Assembly (NCBI GenBank): GCA_038841535.1
Contig: JAWBTQ010000001.1
Span: forward strand, 128,001-192,000
Length of the DNA: 64,000 bases
Direction: 5' to 3'
Source: Sulfolobales archaeon
GTDB taxonomy: Archaea > Thermoproteota > Thermoprotei_A > Sulfolobales > NBVN01
Shown piece by piece: positions 12,394 to 22,972 of the stretch; position 1 is the first letter of the stretch, and each line of letters starts with the position of its first letter. The notes below the pieces were generated by a model. The model saw only the letters and a program-made list of their open reading frames with translations, made no database searches and had not been told where the DNA came from. A program made the translations under genes and the position numbers.

Positions 12394-12654
12394 CTAATCC
12401 CCAACTTTCTCGACTTTGATGGCTGCCACAGGGCACACGTCAGCCCCTTTCTTAGCGCACTCGAAGAGCTCTTCAGGTATTTCACCTATAGATAGGTTCT
12501 CGCTTATTTCGGTGCTATATCTTCCTACAACTCTGTTCTTCTGGTTATCGGAGCCTAGTTCGTAAACCTCGGGACAAACTGCTGGAGCAACACCACACGA
12601 TATACACATAGACCTATCCACGATTACTCTGTACTTAACCAAGTTACACACCAA
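12394..12654 (-). CDS. Ferredoxin (single cluster)
   Basis: CISCGVAPAVCP...DVCPVAAI. Confidence 0.88.
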   Translation of the reverse strand: MVCNLVKYRVIVDRSMCISCGVAPAVCPEVYELGSDNQKNRVVGRYSTEISENLSIGEIPEELFECAKKGADVCPVAAIKVEKVGD

Positions 12655-12816
12655 TTATTAATTTCTCAAAAATCATTTAAATTGGGCGACTTAGTAAAAG
12701 GAAATACTCACACTCTACTTACTCAGAAACTTAAGGTACAGTTGGATTTTCCTCTCTTATAGTTAACATCTTTGTACGCTTATATTTGAAAATCGCTATA
12801 TCGTAATGGTGGTAGT

Positions 12817-13152
12817 ATGACTTTATGGAAGTGTCAAGTTTGTGGGTATGTTTATGAAGGAATTGAAGCACCAGAGAGATGCCCTAAGTGCGGTGCTCCT
12901 AGAGAGCGGTTTAAGCTACTATCAGAGCAGGAGGTCCAGCTAATACTGAGGTCTAGGAAGTCGAACTACCTACACATGAAGGCTCTTACACTTCTGAGGG
13001 ATCTATTAGCGGTCGCTGATGAACTTATTCAAGATAATCTAGACCCGGCTTGCGTCAAGTTGGCTACCGAGGAAAGAGAATCTGCTTTAACTACTATCCA
13101 AAAGATAATGGCAGAGCTCGAGACGCACGAAAAGAAGGGTAAGTGGGGATAG
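12817..13152 (+). CDS. Rubredoxin-like domain protein with C-terminal helical hairpin
   Basis: [23 protein letters not shown]. Confidence 0.85.
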   Translation: MTLWKCQVCGYVYEGIEAPERCPKCGAPRERFKLLSEQEVQLILRSRKSNYLHMKALTLLRDLLAVADELIQDNLDPACVKLATEERESALTTIQKIMAELETHEKKGKWG

Positions 13153-13156
13153 GTCC

Positions 13157-13681
13157 TTGAGCGAGCCCGGGAAGTATGTGTATAAGCCCTCAAAGTACCC
13201 GCTGAGACCTGAAGTCATGGGTATCGATAAAGAAGTCTTAGTTAATATGCTCCTATCGGCATTCGCTGACGAAATCTTAGCTTGGTATCAGTACTATGTA
13301 ACTGCCTATGCTCTCAAAGGTAGCGTAGCGTCCGAGCTAGAGGAAGTGTTCAGGGAAGTAGCTGATGACGAACTCAACGATCACGCTAAGAAGTTGGCTG
13401 ATAGACTGCAGGACTTCGACGTTGACCCTCCTGACTTTAGAGACCTATGGCAACTATCTAAGTGCAGGCAGACGGAGCTACCCAAGGATCCCTACGATAT
13501 CGATGGATTTCTAGAAGCAAGCGTCAAGGCGGAAGAATGCGCTTTAGAGCACTATAGAGAGATATTCCAGTACGTGTTCGGAAAAGACCCTGTAACTGAG
13601 GAAATAGTTGAAGACATAATGAAGGACGAGGCAGAACACGAAACAATATTCAGAAACCTCAAATCGACGAAGAGAGGCTGA
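13157..13681 (+). CDS. Ferritin-like Dps-like (DPSL) protein
   Basis: ADEILAWYQYY, DELNDH, AEECAL, DEAEHE di-iron ligands plus two Cys. Confidence 0.85.
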   Translation: MSEPGKYVYKPSKYPLRPEVMGIDKEVLVNMLLSAFADEILAWYQYYVTAYALKGSVASELEEVFREVADDELNDHAKKLADRLQDFDVDPPDFRDLWQLSKCRQTELPKDPYDIDGFLEASVKAEECALEHYREIFQYVFGKDPVTEEIVEDIMKDEAEHETIFRNLKSTKRG

Positions 13682-13904
13682 GAAAGAGGCTTTATTAAGT
13701 AACGTAAGGACAGACCCCCATACTTTTGATTTGAGCTCGCCTTCTTAGGTTTCTTTTGTTCAGCTACTACGGTGCTCAATAGCTACTAAATAAGCCTATT
13801 CTAGCCAGAAACTACAAAGAACACTAATCAGTACAGTTTAGACAATGTTACAAAGTTTAAGACTAGGTCGAACTTCAATAAAAACAGGTTTTAAGCTGAG
13901 TTAT

Positions 13905-16900
13905 CTATATCAAAAGATTGAAGGTGAAGTATATAGGCATACTGTAGTAATCGAAATATACTGTCGGCGAACCTCTGTCTAACCAACCTACTGTGGTAAC
14001 CGGCACTCGCGTAACGTAGTTGAATGCTATTATGTAGTCGCCACCATATGGAACCGTGGGGCATGGGTGTATGCGGACGCTGGCTATGTAGGAAGTCGGG
14101 GTTGTTTCTAGAGTCTCTAGCGTTATAGGTATTCCGTATTCTGCTAGAGAGGGTATGTAGTAGAAGACCGATCCACCGGTAGGTCTTACTGCTCCATCGG
14201 TTGGTGGCTCTATTCTCACCGGCAGGAACTCGCTCGATCCGTACACGTAGATCCAGCCGTTGGCACCTAAGTAGCTACTTATCCTTCTGGGGATACTTAC
14301 GGAGATGCTTACGCGGGTTAGTTCTATAGTTAATGCCTCCTCGTAGCTCATGCCCAAGTACTGTATGTTTCTAACTACGACTCTGTAGATTCCTGGTAGA
14401 GGTGTTGGAGAGAGTATTGTCGAGGTCCCTGGACCTGTGGAGTCCCAGAACCTCGTCGGGTTGTAACCACTACCTCCACGCGGGTCTCTCGAGAGTTCAG
14501 CTGCTAGCTGAACGCCGTTTACTGTATACGTAAGTACCTCTTTAGTGGTGTCGTCGACCATGTAGTACGTCCAGGGTCCAAAGACCATCGCATCTATGTT
14601 GCTAGCATATGCGGGCTTTCCGTAAGTAGGCCAAGTGGCTTTAATACCTAAGGCTCTCGTTCCCATTGGTACGTAAACCTTGAATACTCTCCAATCTCCC
14701 GACTCGTATCTCCACGTGTAGTCGAACGCTCCCCGTAGGTAGGTGTTTCTATACGGCGTCGTCTCAGTTCTAGGCATCATTCTGTACGTTGTCGAGTAAT
14801 ACGTCATGTTGATCGGTATAAAGTATGAGACAGGTATGAGGTACTTTAGGGCTTTAGTGGTTTCCTCTATCACTAAGTAGCCGCTGTAAAACCCTGGGTA
14901 AGCGCCCGTTACGATAACATTAACTCTAGCTATACCTCTAGAAGTTAGTGTTGTTGGACTAACGGTTACGTCTCTCCAGGGCATTAGGCTGTATGTGATT
15001 ACTCTCGCTCTCATCGGTAGATAGCCACGGAAGGTCGCGCCGGACACACCTATCCTAACTACTAGTGCTTTCGCTGCTCCTTCGATGCTTATGCCTGTAA
15101 GCTTTGTTGTTAGATACTCTATTTCCTCTATCTGCTTGCTTAGGTTGCCTATTTGCACCCTAACGTAGTTAGCCCTCCTGATGTCGTAGTATATCCTCCC
15201 AGTTTCAGTCCAAGCGAACACTCCATCTCTGTTTGTGTCTATCCAGTAAGCTAGTTCTAAGACTACGGTCGGTATCAGATTGTTAAACGCCCCAGTTCTA
15301 CCACCGCTTTCAAAGTATTCGAAGGGGAACGTAACCTCTATCTCGAAGAAGCTCGCTGAGAGTAGAGGTCTCGGATCGATAGCTAGGTGACCGTAGACAG
15401 TGGCTGTAGATACGTTCAGTGTAACGCTGTCTCCAACACAGGAAGTCACGATCTTTGGATCGAAGTTCGTCTTCATTAAGTCACAAAGTGGTCTCACACC
15501 TGTCCTCGTGTGGATTACTGAGTAAGCTCTGAAGGTTCCGGCACCCTCTATGGTTACCGTGCGTAACTCGAGACCACCGGGTCTCACGTACGGAATATAG
15601 ATCTTAGGCTCATACCAGGTGAGTGAACCGAGGCCACTGTATGCTATGGTGCTATATGTCTCGGCTAGGTCTGCCATGATGTCCTGAGGCAAGCTAGTTG
15701 AGTAAACCCTAGGTACACTGGGATCTAGAACCGCAGTAACAGCCCTGTAGGCATTTACAAAACCGACGCCCTGCGAAAGCTGGTCAAAGCCCATGTCGTA
15801 CGCCGTATTCATGAGTACGGTTTTCAATAGGTGTGCCGGCATTCTGCTTCCGTAAACGGACTTGTACGCTGATACTACGAGAGCGCCGACACCAGCTGCC
15901 ATGGGGGTTGCCTGACTAGTGCCACTAAAGAGCGCGTGAGTTGCGGTACCCCTTAGAGTTCTTGAACCAAGCGCCTCCCAGGTCCTCCCAACAGCCCAAG
16001 CAAAGGACCCCACTGCTATGACATCTGGTTTCACTACACCTAGCTCTGTCGGCCCCCTACTGCTCCAGGATATCACTTGCCTACTAGCTCCAAGTACTGT
16101 ATAGCCGTAGATGGGCCTGTAGGCAAACTCTGTTGCAGCACCAACCCCTATCGAGAACGTCGATGATGCTGGCGAAGCTATAGTACCCCAGCCGGGTCCT
16201 CCATTACCTACGGCTACGAAGTGAGGTACACCAGTCATCATAGTCGTGTAGTCAAATATTATGCTAGAGGGGTCCATTCCGGAAGCCCAACCCCAGAGAG
16301 CCCAACCACTTATTCCATAAGAGTTGCTAGTGACGTCTACCCTAGGGGCACCCGTGTAGACCCACTCCCAGGTGAACCCCTCAAACGCTATCCACGGGTT
16401 TGTTCTGAGAGCTGGCCAGAGGTATCTAGAGCCTTCACCGTAAGGTGTCGCCAGGTCGAAGCCCGTGAAGAAGTATATCGCAGTTATTGTAGTACCGAAG
16501 TAGAGTGCTGGAGCAACAGCTATCTTAGCCGCAGGTGCCTGCCCCGACATACTTCTAACACCGTAACCCGTCTGAGCGTAGTAGTCTCTACCTGCTGCTG
16601 TTGTTGCGCAGAAAGTGCCGTGATTACCGTAGTCGTACTGGAACACTACGTAGGCCCCGTATGGGTCTAGACCGGGCCAAACCATAGCTACTGGCTCGTA
16701 CTCCCATACTTCGCGATAAAGTAGAGCATCAGTTCTATATCCGTATCCGTGGGGTAGTGGTGTTATTAGCTCTTTCCAATATCCGAGTACTTCGTAGACT
16801 ATTGCGTATGCCGCATCGTATACGTAACCTGCTAGAGTCCCGAGCGAGAAGTCTGTTACACTGTCTCCGTCTAGGTCTCTAGACACTACCTCTTTGCCGT

Positions 16901-18080
16901 AGCGTATCGGCTCTTCGTCCTCAAACGAGTAGTCGGGAGCTGTGGGGGCAGACGGTATAATGACAGAACACGGTGGGGGAGCTAGCGCTAGTTGGAGGAG
17001 ATAGAGAGTCGTTGTAGTGTCTACGTAGACAGTATCGTAGTTTCCATCACCATCGGAGTCGACGACTAGGGCGGGGACCGTAAACCTTAAGGTCGTCGAA
17101 ATTCCTCCCACGGAGGTGCTTGCGTAATACATCATGAGGCCGAACTTGGCCGGTCCATACCTAGGTATGTCGCCAACGTACCACCGGTTGTCAGTTGGCC
17201 ACGAGACGTATGCTGAGTAGGACCTGCACCCACTTACCGATATCCAAAGACCTTGGGACCACTTGTATACGTAGTATGGTGGGTAGAACACGTAGAGCTT
17301 TTCTGGATTTACGAAGACGTAGCCCTCACCTGCTTCCTTGGCTTCAACAGGGGTTAGAGCTAGCCCGAGGCTACTAACGTCGAAAACTAGTGGAAGGCCA
17401 GACTCGTCTCTAGCTACCGCATCTAAGCCTAGTGCAGGCGACCCGTAGTCAACGCCGGTATCGATTATGGCTATGCTGACACCTTCACCTCTAATCCCGT
17501 ACTTTAGCCAGACGTCGATAGCCCTCGTTACGTTAACTGTGTAGTGATAGCTGCCTCCACTATCTCCAGAAGTGCTTAGCTCTCTAGGTACGGCACTACT
17601 TTGTTCTCCAAGTGCTCTAGTAGACCTTATGAAGACCGGATCCATTCTCATGTCTGGGAGTATGGCTACTACTCCCGGCAGCCTGGAGAGCGTTTCGAGG
17701 TCGTTCTTGGTAATCACTACGTTAACTAATCTATACAAATGCGTTGGGTAGGAACCGAGAAACCCCCTGACTCTCCCCTTGAGGATTCTGAGTGGTACCG
17801 ATCTGTCGAGGACTACTATAGCTCTAGCAACTTGAGTATCTGAATTCAGCACTGTAAACCCTTCTTCAGGCACTAACTCGAAAGCTAAAGCACTTGGGTC
17901 ATCTACGTAAGCACTAAACCTCCAGTAGCTCTCGTCGTACAGTAAGTGGCTTATGTAGGCAGTCCTCAACGAACTTGGTGCTTGCCCAGTCCTGACGGCG
18001 TCCGCCGGGAGAGTGGCTATCGTAGCTAGAGAGATTAGTAAGACTAGCAATAGACCTTTAGCGAAGACCTTACTTCCCAT
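13905..18080 (-). CDS. Large secreted S8 serine protease (pyrolysin/STABLE-like)
   Basis: Signal peptide; IIDTGVD, NHGTFCA, AVGNGG, FSGTSQATP; large insert between Asp and His; long C-terminal extension. Confidence 0.9.
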   Translation of the reverse strand: MGSKVFAKGLLLVLLISLATIATLPADAVRTGQAPSSLRTAYISHLLYDESYWRFSAYVDDPSALAFELVPEEGFTVLNSDTQVARAIVVLDRSVPLRILKGRVRGFLGSYPTHLYRLVNVVITKNDLETLSRLPGVVAILPDMRMDPVFIRSTRALGEQSSAVPRELSTSGDSGGSYHYTVNVTRAIDVWLKYGIRGEGVSIAIIDTGVDYGSPALGLDAVARDESGLPLVFDVSSLGLALTPVEAKEAGEGYVFVNPEKLYVFYPPYYVYKWSQGLWISVSGCRSYSAYVSWPTDNRWYVGDIPRYGPAKFGLMMYYASTSVGGISTTLRFTVPALVVDSDGDGNYDTVYVDTTTTLYLLQLALAPPPCSVIIPSAPTAPDYSFEDEEPIRYGKEVVSRDLDGDSVTDFSLGTLAGYVYDAAYAIVYEVLGYWKELITPLPHGYGYRTDALLYREVWEYEPVAMVWPGLDPYGAYVVFQYDYGNHGTFCATTAAGRDYYAQTGYGVRSMSGQAPAAKIAVAPALYFGTTITAIYFFTGFDLATPYGEGSRYLWPALRTNPWIAFEGFTWEWVYTGAPRVDVTSNSYGISGWALWGWASGMDPSSIIFDYTTMMTGVPHFVAVGNGGPGWGTIASPASSTFSIGVGAATEFAYRPIYGYTVLGASRQVISWSSRGPTELGVVKPDVIAVGSFAWAVGRTWEALGSRTLRGTATHALFSGTSQATPMAAGVGALVVSAYKSVYGSRMPAHLLKTVLMNTAYDMGFDQLSQGVGFVNAYRAVTAVLDPSVPRVYSTSLPQDIMADLAETYSTIAYSGLGSLTWYEPKIYIPYVRPGGLELRTVTIEGAGTFRAYSVIHTRTGVRPLCDLMKTNFDPKIVTSCVGDSVTLNVSTATVYGHLAIDPRPLLSASFFEIEVTFPFEYFESGGRTGAFNNLIPTVVLELAYWIDTNRDGVFAWTETGRIYYDIRRANYVRVQIGNLSKQIEEIEYLTTKLTGISIEGAAKALVVRIGVSGATFRGYLPMRARVITYSLMPWRDVTVSPTTLTSRGIARVNVIVTGAYPGFYSGYLVIEETTKALKYLIPVSYFIPINMTYYSTTYRMMPRTETTPYRNTYLRGAFDYTWRYESGDWRVFKVYVPMGTRALGIKATWPTYGKPAYASNIDAMVFGPWTYYMVDDTTKEVLTYTVNGVQLAAELSRDPRGGSGYNPTRFWDSTGPGTSTILSPTPLPGIYRVVVRNIQYLGMSYEEALTIELTRVSISVSIPRRISSYLGANGWIYVYGSSEFLPVRIEPPTDGAVRPTGGSVFYYIPSLAEYGIPITLETLETTPTSYIASVRIHPCPTVPYGGDYIIAFNYVTRVPVTTVGWLDRGSPTVYFDYYSMPIYFTFNLLI

Positions 18081-18838
18081 AAATTGCTCCCCAAAAGTTC
18101 TTAAAACCCTGGCTTAATATGTTTTAAAAGAAAATATGGGTAGCATAGTGAATACTTCCCAGGTACACTTGCGACGCACTCGCAGCACTCAAACATAAAC
18201 AGAGGAATGATGTAGCGCATTCGGTTTAAATGAGGTAACGGAGTGTTTAGTTATTTCCGGTTTTATGTTAATGAGTCTTGTCTTGAGCTTTTAGTGCTCT
18301 CGCTACTGCCATTTAGCCGCCGTTTAGCCGGGGATTTCACAAGTTCGCTTCAACGTGCGTGTATATCGATAACTCAGAGTTCTAGATCTGTGTCGTACCG
18401 CTAGTATGGGGGTAGGGAAAGCTTCGTGGACTGTCTGGACCTACCTATCCGTCACGGGAAATAACCCCTTAGTGAGTAGGTTGGTTTCGTTTACAATGTT
18501 TTTTAGAAGTAATTGGGAGCACGCTTATACTCCATAGTGGATCTACGTAATTATGGGAGTAGTGCTTTAAGCTGTTGTAAAAGCTCTTTTACTCTGAATG
18601 TGGAGCCTAATAGTGCTGGGTTCTATGATTCTTACTAATCATGTAGGGGCCCATAAAGGTCTTTAGCTGAATGAGTAACCGTGTGCGAATAAATTACGGG
18701 GATGAAGTTGTTTATTAGAGGTCGTAGTTAGCTATCGGCTGTAGTTATATGCTAAGTGCACACGTTCGGCAATAGACCGTGCTCCTGTGACGAAGGTTTT
18801 CGGTATCTAGCAGTAGTATCGATTTATAAGCTCTATAT

Positions 18839-19402
18839 ATGATACACATACGACTATACGTGGGACCTATGATGGTGGAGCCTGAGAAGACTCGAGAGCT
18901 CGTAACTAAATCACTTAAGTGTTGGGCTTCATTTGAGAGGTTGGTGGCAGATCTTTACGACCGAATGGCAAATAAGGTAACTGACGAAGTTCTGACTCTA
19001 ATGCTTAAGTGGTTGTCTACGGAGAGCAGGTCTCACTCCACTTACCTAGAGAATTTATCAGTAATGCTTGAAGACATAAGAGAAAATGGCTGTGCTGAGT
19101 TCATAGGTATTCCATGGTTTACTAACGAAGGTCTCCTAAGAGAAGTGAGTTTGGTGGAACACCTAGATTTAGAGATGGCTTTAGATATCCTAAGAAAGCT
19201 TCAATCAACAGAAAAGCTCGCTTCTGAAGAAGTCTACAGCGTAATACTATCTAACCTATTGAAGGATTTAGTTTCTTTCGTAGGCATTGAAGCTGAACCT
19301 ATGAGACTAGTTTTCGAGGAAATCTCCATGCAGGAAAAATACCACGAGAAAATTGTGGAACTACTTACCGAACATATCTCGAGAAAACTCTCGAAGTTGT
19401 AG
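18839..19402 (+). CDS. Ferritin/rubrerythrin-like four-helix protein
   Basis: FE..Y, ESRSH, EEVY, QEKYHE repeated ExxH pattern; start probably about 18869. Confidence 0.72.
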   Translation: MIHIRLYVGPMMVEPEKTRELVTKSLKCWASFERLVADLYDRMANKVTDEVLTLMLKWLSTESRSHSTYLENLSVMLEDIRENGCAEFIGIPWFTNEGLLREVSLVEHLDLEMALDILRKLQSTEKLASEEVYSVILSNLLKDLVSFVGIEAEPMRLVFEEISMQEKYHEKIVELLTEHISRKLSKL

Positions 19403-19694
19403 CTATTCAGTCAATAAGTTGTCTAAGGGTAAGCGTACTCGCTGCTAGTAGTGAGTAGAGAGCCTGTGTAATCTACGGTCCTCTATGGATCAGGGAACCT
19501 CGAGCCTAGTGCCTCGAATGGCTATTCTACATTATCTAGAACAGCCCAGCAAGACAGTTCGCAGACAGTACCGTTGCTAAGCTCTGAAGAAATGCGATAG
19601 AACTATCTCTACACTTCCTTAAGGCTCTGAACCTAGCACACCCTGCTGGAGTAATACTGGTTTTAGATAAAGCGGTATGTGGACTCGGCAGTAG

Positions 19695-19768
19695 TGGGCC
19701 CGCGGGGATTTGAACCCCGGACCTCCGCCGCGTCAGGGCGGCGTCCTAGCCAGCTAGACGACGGGCCC
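19695..19768 (-). tRNA. tRNA-Val(GAC)
   Basis: Acceptor stem GGGCCCG/CGGGCCC, CCGCC-CTGACGC-GGCGG anticodon arm, TTCAAATC. Confidence 0.96.
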
Positions 19769-19997
19769 TTAGCCACTAAAACTTTGAGTAAGGTCTAATA
19801 AATCTTTAACCCAGAAGTGACTTAAGATTAAGCAGTGGTTTAAAATTGAGAGCACTGTTGGTTGCAGCTTACGCATACTCTTTTAAGATTAATAGCGATT
19901 AGTGAACCATGTTAATTAAAATATGTAAATACTTCGTGTGATCTAAAATGCACCATGCTTATAAGTTTACACATTATTGTAATATTGGGTGTAATAA

Positions 19998-21056
19998 GTG
20001 CATCCTTCCCCTAAGGTTAGGGTAACTGCTGTTGGGTTATTAATAGGGTTGGTGATAGGGTTTGGTGGAGGGTTTCTGGCTGGTTGGCTTGTTAAACCTT
20101 CTCCTGGGTATTCCGGGTCTACTCTAGTTAGATTCACTCTCGACTGGGCTTACCAGGGACCTCAAGCACCGTTTCTCGTTGCTTACTATAAGGGCTTCTT
20201 CGCTGATGAGGGTCTCTCAGTGACCGTCGATAGGGGCTATGGTTCAGCTAAGGTTATAAGTGACGTAGCAGCTGGACTATTTGATATAGGCTTTGGTGAC
20301 GTAAACTCACTAATAGAGTTTAAGTCGAAGAACCCAGACGCCAAGGTTAAGCTTGTTGCGGTAATACACGTTAGGTCTCCCCTGAGTGTTGTGACTCTCC
20401 GGGAGTACGGGATATCTACTCCTAAGGACTTAGAGGGTAAGAGACTGGGGGCACCCGCTGGTGATGCTGCGAGAAGAGTGTTTCCAGCGTTTGCTTCAGC
20501 CGTAGGGATAAGCTTGGATAAGATTACGTGGGTTACTATGGACATTCCCTTGAGAGAGCCTATGCTAAAGAGAGGTGAGGTAGATGCTGTAACTGGGTTC
20601 TACTACACTGTAGTAATAAACCTCCTGGGTCTAGGAGTAAGTGAGGACGATATAGTAGTCTTTAAGTATGGAGACTACTTGCCACTCATAGGTAACGGAA
20701 TAGTAGTAAACGAGGACTTCCTGAAGAAAAACCCCGATGCTCTCACTAAGTTTTTGAGAGCAATTATTAGAGGTATTAAGTACACCATACAGAATCCAGA
20801 TGAAGCAATAAATGTACTCTTGATGAGAGATCCCACCCTGAATAAGACTATAGAGAAGAAGAGGCTGCTAATGGCTTTAGAGATAATTAACGTAAGAGGA
20901 ATTACCGACAAGCATGGATTTGGATACGTCGAGCCTTCAGTTATAGAAGAAAACATAAACGCTGTTGTCGCAACATTCGGTCTCTCTAGAAAACCCTCAC
21001 TAAGTGAGATAGTAGACTTTAGTTACTTACCATCTCGCGAGGAGAGGTTGCCTTAG
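19998..21056 (+). CDS. ABC transporter substrate-binding protein, NMT1/THI5 (NitT/TauT) family
   Basis: N-terminal TM anchor; FTLDW, KGFFADEGL, TPKDLEGK. Confidence 0.88.
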   Translation: MHPSPKVRVTAVGLLIGLVIGFGGGFLAGWLVKPSPGYSGSTLVRFTLDWAYQGPQAPFLVAYYKGFFADEGLSVTVDRGYGSAKVISDVAAGLFDIGFGDVNSLIEFKSKNPDAKVKLVAVIHVRSPLSVVTLREYGISTPKDLEGKRLGAPAGDAARRVFPAFASAVGISLDKITWVTMDIPLREPMLKRGEVDAVTGFYYTVVINLLGLGVSEDDIVVFKYGDYLPLIGNGIVVNEDFLKKNPDALTKFLRAIIRGIKYTIQNPDEAINVLLMRDPTLNKTIEKKRLLMALEIINVRGITDKHGFGYVEPSVIEENINAVVATFGLSRKPSLSEIVDFSYLPSREERLP

Positions 21057-21070
21057 TAAAGGTATAGGCA

Positions 21071-21829
21071 ATGGAACCAGTAATAAGGCTTAGCAGTGTT
21101 GCGGTTAAGTACAGAAACAACAGCCGAGGATTCCTTACAGCTATAGCTGACGTAAACTTGAGTGTGATGCCTAAAGAATTTGTTGGAGTAGTTGGGAAGA
21201 GCGGTTGCGGTAAGACTACTTTACTGAAGGTTATAGCTGGGTTGATAAAACCAGATGAAGGTGAGGTACTTCTAAATGGTTGCGCCTTTAACGGGTATAG
21301 AAAGAGAATAGGCGTGATGTTTCAGTCACCACTCCTTCTCCCGTGGCGCACTGTCCTCAAGAACATCCTTCTACCCATAGAGATATTAGGTGAAAACCCC
21401 GAAGACTACGTAGAGAGAGCGCTCATGCTGATTCAAAGAACCGGGCTCAAAGGATTTGAAAACAGCTACCCGTGGGAGCTCTCGGGGGGAATGCAGCAGA
21501 GAGTAGCTCTCTGCCGAGCCCTCATACATAAACCTCTACTGCTACTGCTTGACGAGCCATTTAGCTCACTTGACGCTATAACTAGAGAAGACATGTGGAT
21601 TCTTTTGGAATCGGTCTTTCTCTACGAGAAATATACGACAGTTCTCGTTACGCACGACATCAGAGAGGCTGTTTTACTGTCTGATAGAGTTATTGTGATG
21701 ACAGGTAAGCCTGGCAAGATAAGGGCAGAAGTGAAGATTCCGTTCAGTAGACCTAGAAGTCTCGATCTTCAATACACTAAAGAGTTTAACGAGTACGTAG
21801 CCAAGATTAAGAGCATGTTGGGTGAGTGA
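21071..21829 (+). CDS. ABC transporter ATP-binding protein (NitT/TauT)
   Basis: GKSGCGKT, LSGGMQQR, LLLDEPF, VTHD. Confidence 0.93.
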   Translation: MEPVIRLSSVAVKYRNNSRGFLTAIADVNLSVMPKEFVGVVGKSGCGKTTLLKVIAGLIKPDEGEVLLNGCAFNGYRKRIGVMFQSPLLLPWRTVLKNILLPIEILGENPEDYVERALMLIQRTGLKGFENSYPWELSGGMQQRVALCRALIHKPLLLLLDEPFSSLDAITREDMWILLESVFLYEKYTTVLVTHDIREAVLLSDRVIVMTGKPGKIRAEVKIPFSRPRSLDLQYTKEFNEYVAKIKSMLGE

Positions 21830-22598
21830 CGTGAACTCTATGTTGCGTGTGAGGGGTGCTGCCTTGGGTATTACAGTAATACTGACTATCCTAGTAGTCT
21901 GGGAAGTCCTCACTCAAATCCTGGAAGTACCTAAATACGTTTTACCGCCTCCTTCATCGATAGTTGGGACTACGTTGCAGTACCTTAGCTACCTGTCTGC
22001 GAACTTACTAGACACTCTATTTCACGCTTTAGTTGGGCTCTCAATAGCCGCATCTTTTTCGCTCATACTGAGTCTTCCGCTAGCCTATAGCGAGACACTT
22101 AGGGATGCTGTTAATCCTTTGATAGCTGGATTTAATGCTATTCCAAGGGCGGCACTAGTGCCCTTACTGGCTCTATGGTTTGGTCTTGGTGGGCTACCAA
22201 AGATACTTACAGCTTTTCTTATAGCGTTTTATCCTATTTTAGTGCCTACACTCACCGCTATGGTCACTATAGAGAAGGAACTTTGGGAGATGCTAGCTTC
22301 GTTTGGAGCTACTAAAGGGCAGGTTTTAGTCAAAGTCGCTATTCCTAGGTCAATGCCGTACTTTCTTAGCTCTTTACACATGGGGTTAACGAGCGCCTTA
22401 GTTGGTACAGTGATAGCTGAGATGATAGCGTCCGATAGAGGTCTAGGATACGTTATTTTGTCATCTACTTCTAGACTTGATACTTCACTGGCGTTTTCCT
22501 GCTTGATGCTACTCGCCTTAACGACCTTTATTTTATCTAAAACTATGAACGTCGTCGAGAAGAGGGTTGTAAAGTGGGCATACAGAGCAAGCACTTAG
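21822..22598 (+). CDS. ABC transporter permease (NitT/TauT)
   Basis: Multiple TM helices, LPPPS, EAA-like loop FGATKGQ, AEMIAS.GLG. Confidence 0.9.
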   Translation: MSDVNSMLRVRGAALGITVILTILVVWEVLTQILEVPKYVLPPPSSIVGTTLQYLSYLSANLLDTLFHALVGLSIAASFSLILSLPLAYSETLRDAVNPLIAGFNAIPRAALVPLLALWFGLGGLPKILTAFLIAFYPILVPTLTAMVTIEKELWEMLASFGATKGQVLVKVAIPRSMPYFLSSLHMGLTSALVGTVIAEMIASDRGLGYVILSSTSRLDTSLAFSCLMLLALTTFILSKTMNVVEKRVVKWAYRAST

Positions 22599-22972
22599 TA
22601 CTTGATTTAGAGAAGTGTACTGGCTGCAGAATTTGTGAACTAGCCTGCAGCTTCTACAAGCACGGGAGGTTCAACCCGAAGATGTCTGCTATTAGAGTAC
22701 ACTACAACTACGAACTCTACCGTGCCGAGGGGTTTAATGCGTGTACTCAATGTGGCTACTGCGTGAGTTACTGTCCTACTGGTGCTATAGGTGTAGTAAA
22801 CGGAGTTGTGATAATCAACTATAGTGTCTGTAGCGGTTGTCTAGCCTGCGTCAAAGCTTGTCCGATAGGTGCTTTAATCTCCGTAAATGGCAGGCCATTT
22901 AAGTGTGATCTCTGCTTAGGTAGCCCTCAGTGCGTTAAGTACTGCGCTAGAGGGGCTCTACATGTATCTTAA
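22574..22972 (+). CDS. Multi-[4Fe-4S] electron-transfer subunit
   Basis: CTGCRICELAC, CTQCGYC..CP, CSGCLACVKACP, KCDLC..C..YC. Confidence 0.9.
   Translation: MGIQSKHLVLDLEKCTGCRICELACSFYKHGRFNPKMSAIRVHYNYELYRAEGFNACTQCGYCVSYCPTGAIGVVNGVVIINYSVCSGCLACVKACPIGALISVNGRPFKCDLCLGSPQCVKYCARGALHVS

Noticed and set aside
19770-19997. TPP riboswitch ahead of the THI5-like binding protein
   Set aside because: Leader is AT-rich and lacks the CUGAGA/ACCUGA core
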